This document shows positions 1-7,347 of a stretch of DNA of 31,511 bases, piece after piece (within the stretch, counting starts at the first letter, position 1; every line of letters starts with the position of its first letter). Origin of the DNA: Myxococcota bacterium (GTDB lineage: Bacteria; Myxococcota; XYA12-FULL-58-9; JALHOP01); the NCBI GenBank assembly GCA_041288095.1, contig JBGGMJ010000177.1:1-31511 (forward strand). The letters run 5' to 3'. A program made the translations under genes and the position numbers. Below the pieces are notes generated by a model that searched no databases, had not been told where the DNA came from, and saw nothing but the letters and a program-made list of their open reading frames with translations.

Positions 1-2
1 TC

Positions 3-521
3 TCCAGCCTCGATCTGTTGAAGGTCGGTGACTTGATGGCGGTCATCGGCAAGGAAGCCGCCGCGGCCCACGTCCGCGCCAATGCCAGCGCCGCCGACAT
101 CCGCAAGGAGCTTGGCGCCTTCTGGGCCGGCCTCCTGAAGAACGAGGCGCCGTCGGCCGAGGAGCTCCAGAAGGAGACGGCCAAGATCACCCGCAAGCAA
201 GTCAAGCATCACCGTGAGCAGGCCAAGCGCGAGTCGAAGGCTCTCGCCGCCGAGGTCGGTGTCCTCGCCGCCCTGCACGGGGCCATCCAGGCGCAACTCG
301 AAGCGCAGCCCGGTCACATCTCGGCGCTCGAGTTCATGAAGGACAACGCCGAAGTGCTCGGGGTGACGGCCGCCGTGCGCCAGGTTCGCGGCAACATCGA
401 GGCGCTCCAGAACGCCGAAGTCTCGCCGCAGGTGAAAGAAGCCGTGGAGCTGGCCAAGACCGTGGCGCAGGACGCGATCAAGAAGGCCGAAGACGCGCTC
501 GGCCGTCTCTTGCGGCGCTAG
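3..521 (+). CDS. Hypothetical helical protein, probably 5'-truncated by the window edge
   Basis: Frame is open from position 3 to TAG at 519-521 with strong GC3 bias. Ala/Lys/Glu-rich helical sequence; no family recognised. Confidence 0.7.
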   Translation, partial: SSLDLLKVGDLMAVIGKEAAAAHVRANASAADIRKELGAFWAGLLKNEAPSAEELQKETAKITRKQVKHHREQAKRESKALAAEVGVLAALHGAIQAQLEAQPGHISALEFMKDNAEVLGVTAAVRQVRGNIEALQNAEVSPQVKEAVELAKTVAQDAIKKAEDALGRLLRR

Positions 522-2215
522 AGCGGTAGTCCCGCAATGATGGCGCCGTGGTCCGCTTTGGCGGACACGACGACGGCGCCCTCGTCGGGGCTCGGAGGCT
601 CGAGAGTCGTCAGCTGACTCTCGAGCAAGCGCTCGTCCACGAAGTGGCCGGTGCGCTCACGCAGATGGCCCGTCAGGGTCTCGCGCGAGCCCTCGATGAA
701 GACGAGCAAGAGATTGGCATCGCCGCCGCGCAGCACGTCGCGGTAGGCGTGTTTCAGAGCCGAGCAGGCCACGACCACTGGCGCACCCTGCTCTTTCGCC
801 CGCGCCAGCTCCTGCGCGATGAGCACGAGCCACGGAGCGCGATCGGCGTCGTTCAACGCCTCGCCGCGCGCCATCTTCGCCTTGTTTGCTGGCGAGTGCA
901 GATCGTCGCCCTCGACGAAGCGCATCCCCGTCGCCGCCGCCAACGTGGACCCAAGGGTCGTCTTGCCGGCGCCAGCCGCGCCCATCACCACGATGCTGCG
1001 CCGGTAGCGCGGGTCGGGGAGCTTCGCGACCTCGCCGACGAGCAGCACGTAAGCCGCGACGCCCACCGCCGCGATGGCCGCGACGTAAAGCAAAGCCGGC
1101 GCGAAGCCGCTCGAGCCCGCGAGCTTACCGACGACCAACGGCGTGACGACGGCCGCCGAATTGCCGAGCAAGTTGAACACCCCACTCGTCAGCCCCAAGA
1201 GCCGAGTCGGCGCGACGGCGGACACGACCGACCAGGTGATCGAGGCCATGCCGCACCCGAAGAACGCCGTGGCCATGAAGGCAATGACGCCCGCCTCGGT
1301 CTCCACGAAGCTCGCCCCGGCGATGCTCATGGCCAGCGCCAGCCCGGTGATGATCGGTGTCTTGCGCGCGAAGCCCAGCGAGAAACCCGAGCGCAACAGC
1401 GCATCCGATACCAAACCCGCGACCAGCACGCCGACGAGCGCCGCGATGTAGGGCACCGAGGCCAGGATGCCCGCGCGCATCGAGCTCATGCCTCGGTAAG
1501 AGACGAGATAGGTAGGAAACCAGGTGAGGAAGAACCAGAGCGTCGTGCTCACCGCGAATTGGCCGATGTAGATGCCCCAGAGCTTACGGCGCGTGAGCAG
1601 CACCTGGAGATCCCGCCACGAGGCGCGCGCTTTGACGGACGGCGTGCCGGGGGGATCGCGGTAGACAGCGTACCAGACGCAGGCCCAGGCGATGCCCGCG
1701 AAGCCGGTGGCGTGGAAGACGGAGCGCCAGCCGTGCTGCTCCTGCAGCCATGCGAGCAGCGGCATGCAAAACGCGAGACCGACGAACTGCCCCGAGAGGA
1801 AGGTCGCGGCCGCGCTCGCCCTCTCCGCTTGCGGAAACCAAGCGGTGATGACGCGGTTGTTGACCGGGTACGAGGGCGCCTCGAGCACGCCGACCGCGAG
1901 GCGCAGCGCGAAGATGCCGGCCACCGTGCCGACGAAACCGATGCCGACCGTGCACAAGGACCACAACGCGAGGAGCACGAATAGCAGCGTCCGCGGCCGC
2001 AGCCGGTCGACGAGCCAGCCACCCGGCACCTGGCAAAGCGCGTAGGTCCAACCGAAAGCCGAGAGCAGCCAACCCAGCCGCTCGGGTCCCGCGCCCAGGT
2101 CGACCGCGATGGCGGGCGCGGTGAGCGCGAGGTTCGCACGGTCGACGTAGTTCAGGACCGTGGTCACGAAGATGAGCGCCAGCATCGTCCAGCGGGCGCG
2201 GCGCGGCTCGAGCAT
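518..2215 (-). CDS. Fusion: ACS-family MFS sugar-acid transporter (DgoT-like) plus C-terminal gluconokinase (GntK/IdnK-type)
   Basis: First ~400 aa carry DgoT-like motifs NYVDRANL, QVPGGW, EAPSYPVNNRVITAWFP, WFFLTWFPTYLV and ARKTPIITGL. Last ~160 aa carry P-loop VVMGAAGAGKTT, EGDDLHSPANKAKMARGEALNDADRAPWL, ACSALK and LLESQL.TLE.P, typical of GntK. Confidence 0.88.
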   Translation of the reverse strand: MLEPRRARWTMLALIFVTTVLNYVDRANLALTAPAIAVDLGAGPERLGWLLSAFGWTYALCQVPGGWLVDRLRPRTLLFVLLALWSLCTVGIGFVGTVAGIFALRLAVGVLEAPSYPVNNRVITAWFPQAERASAAATFLSGQFVGLAFCMPLLAWLQEQHGWRSVFHATGFAGIAWACVWYAVYRDPPGTPSVKARASWRDLQVLLTRRKLWGIYIGQFAVSTTLWFFLTWFPTYLVSYRGMSSMRAGILASVPYIAALVGVLVAGLVSDALLRSGFSLGFARKTPIITGLALAMSIAGASFVETEAGVIAFMATAFFGCGMASITWSVVSAVAPTRLLGLTSGVFNLLGNSAAVVTPLVVGKLAGSSGFAPALLYVAAIAAVGVAAYVLLVGEVAKLPDPRYRRSIVVMGAAGAGKTTLGSTLAAATGMRFVEGDDLHSPANKAKMARGEALNDADRAPWLVLIAQELARAKEQGAPVVVACSALKHAYRDVLRGGDANLLLVFIEGSRETLTGHLRERTGHFVDERLLESQLTTLEPPSPDEGAVVVSAKADHGAIIAGLPL

Positions 2216-2224
2216 TACCGGTGG

Positions 2225-2575
2225 TTACTGCAACAACCTGCTGCCTCTGTCGAGCCGCCGCGGCACCGAAATACGCTCGGCCGAGCGCTCGCTCGATAGG
2301 CGATTCGCGAGCGTGGACGCGATAGCGTACAGACGTGCCACCGCGCGCCCGCTATCGAGTCGCTGCAAGGTCGACATCGCGGCGATCACGCTGCGCAGCT
2401 CACCGAACACCAGCTCTTGCGGCAGCCCGCGCAGGCGCAGCTCGAGCCGCGTAATCTCGCGCTCGACGGCGACGTCGTCCGGATCTTTCTGACTTGCGAG
2501 CGTCAAAAGGACTGTCATGATCTCACTGTTGCCGCCGGTCGCGTACCGCTCACCCAAAGTCGCCATCTCTTGCAT
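2225..2575 (-). CDS. Hypothetical protein (116 aa)
   Basis: ATG-initiated ORF filling the gap upstream of the MFS gene, ending 9 nt before its start; helical composition; no family recognised. Confidence 0.55.
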   Translation of the reverse strand: MQEMATLGERYATGGNSEIMTVLLTLASQKDPDDVAVEREITRLELRLRGLPQELVFGELRSVIAAMSTLQRLDSGRAVARLYAIASTLANRLSSERSAERISVPRRLDRGSRLLQ

Positions 2576-2582
2576 GGCCAGC

Positions 2583-2609
2583 TTATCGGTGACACCGAGG
2601 CACCGTTGC
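2583..2609 (-). promoter_or_regulatory. Candidate sigma28/FliA-like promoter
   Basis: Minus strand reads GCAA-N15-ACCGATAA, 7 nt before the ATG at 2575 (FliA consensus TAAA-N15-GCCGATAA). Confidence 0.4.
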
Positions 2610-2747
2610 GTGTGTTTTCGATCACTCCAGAGAGTGCCGCCATGGCGGCAGTCGGCTGAGGGCTAACGTCAGCGACGAGCGTGTCCTCGACCCCACATTC
2701 GACGGCGACACGCGGCGCTAAGTGCTCGCAATGACGAGCGCTTTACG

Positions 2748-2764
2748 CTGGCGCATGGTGTGCA
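2748..2764 (+). promoter_or_regulatory. Candidate sigma54 (-24/-12) promoter
   Basis: CTGGCGCATGGTGTGCA has exact GG-N10-GC spacing and lies just upstream of the DUF1592 gene. Confidence 0.55.
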
Positions 2765-2776
2765 GAGCGGGGCCCG

Positions 2777-4384
2777 ATGGCGGCCATGACGCGGATCACC
2801 TGTGCCTCGCTCCTCTGCGTGGCGCTCGGGTGCACGGGCTTCATTGATGACCCGAGCCGCGCGTCCGCGACCGTCGAGGGAGAGAGCTGCAAATCCGAGC
2901 TACCGCCACAGAGCCTCGCCCTGCTCGCCCCACGCCACTACGCCAACGCCGTGCGCGACCTGCTCGGGGTCGCGAGCTTCCCGGCGCCGAGGAACACCGG
3001 CGGCAGCACGGTCTCGTTCTTCGCCAACGCCACGGAGCGGCTGACCACCGTGCTCGCCTTCGAGCTCAAGACGCTTGCCGAAGAGGCCGGCACGCGGGCA
3101 CGCGCACAGGCGGCTTCCCTCGCCCCCTGCAGCGGCGACGTCGAGACCTGCGCGCGTCGGTTCATCGAGCGCTTCGGCCGGCGCGCCTTTCGCAGACCGC
3201 TGGCGACGAGCGAGGTCGAGGCCCTGCTCGCGGTCTACCGCGTGGGGCGCGAGCAAGATGGCGCCTACGATGCAGGCATCGGCCTGGTGGTCGAAGCCAT
3301 GTTGCAAGCGCCGAGCTTTCTCTACCGGCGGGAGCTAGGCACCTCCGCGGAGGGCGCGGAGCGCTTGGACGCCTTCGAGCTCGCGACCATGTTGTCCTTC
3401 TTCCTCGTCGACACTATTCCCGACGAGGCGCTGCTCGACGCCGCCGAAGACGGCCGCCTCGATGACGCCGACGGCTTGCGACGCGAGGTCGAGCGCCTTT
3501 CGAGCTCCCGTGAAGGACGCTCGGCCACCGCCGCCATGGTGCTCCGCCTCTTCGAGCTGCCGCGGCTGGCGAGCGCCGAACGCAACGACACGGCCTTCAC
3601 CGTGGACCTACGTGCCTCCATGGCCGAAGAGACGCGCCGCTTCGTCGACGACGTCTTGTTCGAGCGTGGCGGCAGCCTCGCCGAGCTCTTGTCGTCGCGG
3701 CGCAGCTTCGTGGATGCCCGGCTCGCGGCGCACTACGGCGTCGCCTACCCCAGCGGCGCGACGGACTTCGTCGAGACCCTGTTGCCCGAGAGCGAACGCG
3801 CCGGGCTGTTGACGCAAGCGAGCTGGCTCACCGCTTTCGCGGACATCGAAGAGACCAGCGTGGTCAAGCGCGGACTGTTCATGGCGCGCGAGCTACTGTG
3901 CGAGATCATTCCCGCGCCACCGGAAGGCGTCGTCGAACGAACCGCCGAGACCCTGGCGGCGTTGCCCGACGAGCGCTCACGGGCCGAATACCGCAAGAGC
4001 GACGGCCTCTGTGGCGCCTGCCACCGCAGCATCGATGCCTACGGCGTGCTCTTCGAGACCTACGATCAGCTCGGCCGCTTCCGCACCGAGCTCCACGGCA
4101 AGCCCGTCGACGCAAGCTGGGACGTCTTGACGCCGGAGAGCATCGCCGGCCCAGCCACCGCGCTGGTGCCGGTGCTCGATCAGCTCGCGCAGGCACCGGA
4201 GGTCCGCGCCTGCATCGCGACCAAGGTTGCATCGTATGCATTCGGCCGGCCGCTGACGGCGCGAGAGGCGTGCAATCTAGCGGATGTCGCTAGGAGCTTC
4301 GCCGGGGGAGATGACCTGACCGCGCTGGTGCGAGAAGTCGCGCTCTGGCCGGGGTTGCGCGTGCGCAAGGGCGGCGCGCCATGA
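2777..4384 (+). CDS. DUF1592/DUF1595/DUF1588-type lipoprotein with a CxxCH motif
   Basis: Lipobox ALGC; motifs YANAVRDLLG, FGRRAFRRPL, MLQAPSFLYR, ELATMLSFFL..TIPD, RAGLLTQ, TSVVKRG and CGACH..ID. Start could be 2786. Confidence 0.85.
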   Translation: MAAMTRITCASLLCVALGCTGFIDDPSRASATVEGESCKSELPPQSLALLAPRHYANAVRDLLGVASFPAPRNTGGSTVSFFANATERLTTVLAFELKTLAEEAGTRARAQAASLAPCSGDVETCARRFIERFGRRAFRRPLATSEVEALLAVYRVGREQDGAYDAGIGLVVEAMLQAPSFLYRRELGTSAEGAERLDAFELATMLSFFLVDTIPDEALLDAAEDGRLDDADGLRREVERLSSSREGRSATAAMVLRLFELPRLASAERNDTAFTVDLRASMAEETRRFVDDVLFERGGSLAELLSSRRSFVDARLAAHYGVAYPSGATDFVETLLPESERAGLLTQASWLTAFADIEETSVVKRGLFMARELLCEIIPAPPEGVVERTAETLAALPDERSRAEYRKSDGLCGACHRSIDAYGVLFETYDQLGRFRTELHGKPVDASWDVLTPESIAGPATALVPVLDQLAQAPEVRACIATKVASYAFGRPLTAREACNLADVARSFAGGDDLTALVREVALWPGLRVRKGGAP

Positions 4385-5727
4385 TCACACGCCGGTCCTT
4401 CCTGCGCGGCCTGTCCGCTACAGCGGTCATGGGCCACTGGCTCACGTCGGCCGAATCGCGCGCTCAGACCGGCGCCCGTCCACTACGGTTGATGATGATG
4501 CACCGCCCCAACGGCACCATCGCATCGGATTGGCTACCGAACGGCTCCATCGGCCCCATTCTCCAAGGCTTCGACGGCGTCGGCGGTGTCATGGCGCCGC
4601 TCCGCGGTCTGCGCATCGTCGCCGAGCCGCACGGCACCGGGACCCACGAAGGCGCCCTGGTCACCTTGATGACGGGACGCTCGGTAGGCGAGACGCGCGC
4701 CACGAGCAACGATGACTGGCGCAACTCGGCGGCATCGCTCGACCAGATCTTCTGCCAGAGCTCACCGCTGCTCGGAGGTACACCGACACCGTCGCTGCAG
4801 CTCGCGGCCCACAACCGTCAGGACGGCAATCCCGAGGTCGCCAATTGTACCCTCTCCTACGCCGGGCCGGACCAACCGCTCTACCCCGAAGTCGACACCG
4901 AGCAGGTCTACGCGCGCCTCTTCTCCGGCATCATGCCCGGTGGCGGCACCACCGCCGAGCAAGAAGCGGCGCTCCGGGCGCGGGCGAGGCGCGCCAGCGT
5001 CCTCGACTTCGTAACAGGCGATCTCACGCGCCTGCGTGCGCTCATGCCGGCCGCCGAACGTGACGTCCTCGACGCGCACACCGAGGCGGTCCGCGCTCTC
5101 GAGACCTCGCTCGACGCCGGCAACGACCCCGTCGATCCGGTTTGCACCTCGCCGGGCTCGGCGTCGGGCTTCCGCGACAACGACGAGCACGTCGACGTCG
5201 CGCGCATCGGCGCCCGCCAGCTCGACCTCGTTCGCGCCGCCTTCCAGTGCGACCTCACCCGCACGGTCACTTACATGTGGTCGACGTCGGCGAGCCGCGT
5301 GAACTTTACCGACCTCTACAGCGGCATGGGCCGGGTGTCCCATCACTCGCTGTCGCACGGCGATTTGAGCAGCGCGGCGGTGAACCGACCTCTCGCCGCC
5401 ATCGATCGCTGGTACGCGGACCGCACGGCCGAATTCCTACGCAACCTCGAGAGCGCGCCGGACATCGGCGGCGGTAATCTGCTCGAGCGGACCATCGTGG
5501 TCTACTTCAGCGAGGTGGCCGCCGGCAATCACACCTTCAGCGACCTGCCCGTCGTCCTCTTCGGCGGCAGCCAGACCGGACTGCGCACCGGCGCCGTCGC
5601 CGACGTGCGCGGCCGCACGACCAACGAGCTGTGGCTGACGCTCGCCCAACGCTTCCAGGTGCCCAACCTCACGACGTTGGGCACCAGTGCTCAAGCCTCG
5701 GGACCGATCCCGGGCCTGTTCGCCTAG
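4381..5727 (+). CDS. DUF1552 (HXXSHH-family) Tat-exported protein
   Basis: Twin-arginine signal TRRSFLRG; motifs PNG, SLDQ, SVLDFV, AFQCDLTR and HHSLSH; ATGA overlap with the DUF1592 gene, its usual partner. Confidence 0.85.
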   Translation: MITRRSFLRGLSATAVMGHWLTSAESRAQTGARPLRLMMMHRPNGTIASDWLPNGSIGPILQGFDGVGGVMAPLRGLRIVAEPHGTGTHEGALVTLMTGRSVGETRATSNDDWRNSAASLDQIFCQSSPLLGGTPTPSLQLAAHNRQDGNPEVANCTLSYAGPDQPLYPEVDTEQVYARLFSGIMPGGGTTAEQEAALRARARRASVLDFVTGDLTRLRALMPAAERDVLDAHTEAVRALETSLDAGNDPVDPVCTSPGSASGFRDNDEHVDVARIGARQLDLVRAAFQCDLTRTVTYMWSTSASRVNFTDLYSGMGRVSHHSLSHGDLSSAAVNRPLAAIDRWYADRTAEFLRNLESAPDIGGGNLLERTIVVYFSEVAAGNHTFSDLPVVLFGGSQTGLRTGAVADVRGRTTNELWLTLAQRFQVPNLTTLGTSAQASGPIPGLFA

Positions 5728-6725
5728 TTCTTGGCGAGCTCGGCGGCTTCGTCGCGCACCAGCGTCTCCGCCGTGAGCGTGAGCAGGCCCTGATACTCCT
5801 CGAGCACCTTGCCCTTCGGGTCCGCGAGGTCGACCACGCCCTTCATCTCGCCGGTCTTTTTGTAGACCGGGACCGAGGAGCGCTTCGGCGCCATCGAGTC
5901 GAGCGACGGATAGCCCATGTCGAGAGCGACCTCGCCGTTCTTGTTGATGATGATCATCGTCGGCTCCGCCCAGATGCTGTCGAGGCCGCGGTCACCGACC
6001 CAAACGCCGACGCCAACCATGGGGCGAATCGTGCTGCGCCAGTGGACGATGGCGAAACCATCGAGCCCGAGGTCCGCCGCCAGCTGGCCGGTGCTCTTCA
6101 GCAAGACGTCGCGCAGGCGCTCTTCCGGCGACTGCTCCTGATTGTTGCCGCCCTTGTAGCTGACCTTCTTGGCGCTACCGTCGGGCTTGAGCACCGCGTA
6201 GGGCACCACCGGCATGTTGCTCGCGCCGACGACCGCCTTGTTCTTGTCCGCGATGATGGTGGCGAACTGGCGCATGGCGCCATCGACGCTCTCCATGGCG
6301 ATGCGCTTCTCGGCCTCGGTGTCACCGCTCATCTTCGCCTTCATCATGGCCATCGCCGAGCTCGCGTCCGCGGGCTTGAGCTGGCCGTCGGCCGCCATCT
6401 TCTCGAGCACGGTGCGCACGGTCGGCGAGGTGTCGAGCTGCCTGAAGGCCGCGAAGTTGGCCTGGCCTTGATAGCTATCCGGCCGCACCAGCTCGAAGCG
6501 GGTTACCTTGCCCTGCTCGTCGAGGAACTTGGCATTGCCGGCATCGACGGCGGCGCGCAACACCTCGATGTCGCTCGGCTGCTCGCCCACGTTGTCGATG
6601 GTGACGCTGAGCACGCCGAGTCGGCGAACCTCGGCCAATGCACCCTTGTTGACCTTCCCTGCGCAAGCGGAGGTGAGTAGTACGGCGGCGACGACGAAAA
6701 TGGACGACGACGTTTTAATTCGCAT
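5724..6725 (-). CDS. Putative lipoprotein of unknown function
   Basis: ATG at 6725 gives MRIKTSSSIFVVAAVLLTSAC (signal peptide plus lipobox). The longer start at 6812 would run through the rplQ terminator. Confidence 0.75.
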   Translation of the reverse strand: MRIKTSSSIFVVAAVLLTSACAGKVNKGALAEVRRLGVLSVTIDNVGEQPSDIEVLRAAVDAGNAKFLDEQGKVTRFELVRPDSYQGQANFAAFRQLDTSPTVRTVLEKMAADGQLKPADASSAMAMMKAKMSGDTEAEKRIAMESVDGAMRQFATIIADKNKAVVGASNMPVVPYAVLKPDGSAKKVSYKGGNNQEQSPEERLRDVLLKSTGQLAADLGLDGFAIVHWRSTIRPMVGVGVWVGDRGLDSIWAEPTMIIINKNGEVALDMGYPSLDSMAPKRSSVPVYKKTGEMKGVVDLADPKGKVLEEYQGLLTLTAETLVRDEAAELAKN

Positions 6726-6759
6726 GCGGGTGATTACCCCGACATGCGTAGGTCGGCGC

Positions 6760-6799
6760 AAACGAAAACGCCCGCTTGCTCTCAGGGAGCGAGCGGGCG
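6760..6799 (-). terminator. Rho-independent terminator downstream of rplQ
   Basis: Minus strand CGCCCGCTCGCTC-cctga-GAGCAAGCGGGCG (13 bp, 1 mismatch) followed by TTTTCGTTT. Confidence 0.8.
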
Positions 6800-6826
6800 C
6801 TATCGCGAACACGAAGGAGGGCCTAC

Positions 6827-7213
6827 TTACGCCTTGGCGGCGGCGGCCTTCTTCACGTCATGGTCGACGAGCTCGATGATGGCGGCGGTGGCGTTGTCGC
6901 CACGGCGCATGCCGACGCGCAGGACGCGCGTGTAACCGCCGGCGCGGGTACGCATACGCTCGGCGATGTCGCTGAAGAGCGTCTTCACCGCGTCAGCGTC
7001 GGTCAGGTAGGCGGCGGCCAGGCGGCGCGCGTGGAGATCGCCACGCTTACCCAAGGTGATGAGCTTCTCCGCGACCGGGCGCAGCGCTTTGGCCTTGATG
7101 TGCGTGGTCTCGATGCGGCCGTGCGTGAAGAGCGCGGTGACCATGTTGCGCAGCGTGGCGCGGCGGTGCGTGCTCGACCGGTTGAGTTTCTTGAGTCCGT
7201 TACCGTGGCGCAT
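6827..7213 (-). CDS. rplQ: 50S ribosomal protein L17
   Basis: [24 protein letters not shown]...RIETT..KAK.LR...EKLIT...GGYTR...R.GDNA; ATG at 7213. Confidence 0.98.
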   Translation of the reverse strand: MRHGNGLKKLNRSSTHRRATLRNMVTALFTHGRIETTHIKAKALRPVAEKLITLGKRGDLHARRLAAAYLTDADAVKTLFSDIAERMRTRAGGYTRVLRVGMRRGDNATAAIIELVDHDVKKAAAAKA

Positions 7214-7271
7214 CGTCAAACCCTTGGGATCATCAGGCCGACACGTGGGGCCTGGTACGAAAGAGCCGCGC

Positions 7272-7300
7272 TATCTACAGAACGGCGGGCAAAAAGCCAA
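7272..7300 (-). promoter_or_regulatory. Candidate sigma70-like promoter for rplQ
   Basis: TTGGCT-N17-TAGATA followed by GC-rich GCGCGGC; resembles the element upstream of infA. Confidence 0.45.
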
Positions 7301-7347
7301 GCGGAAAAGGGCCGGAATTCGATCCCTGCCCGCCATGACGCAGTGCG

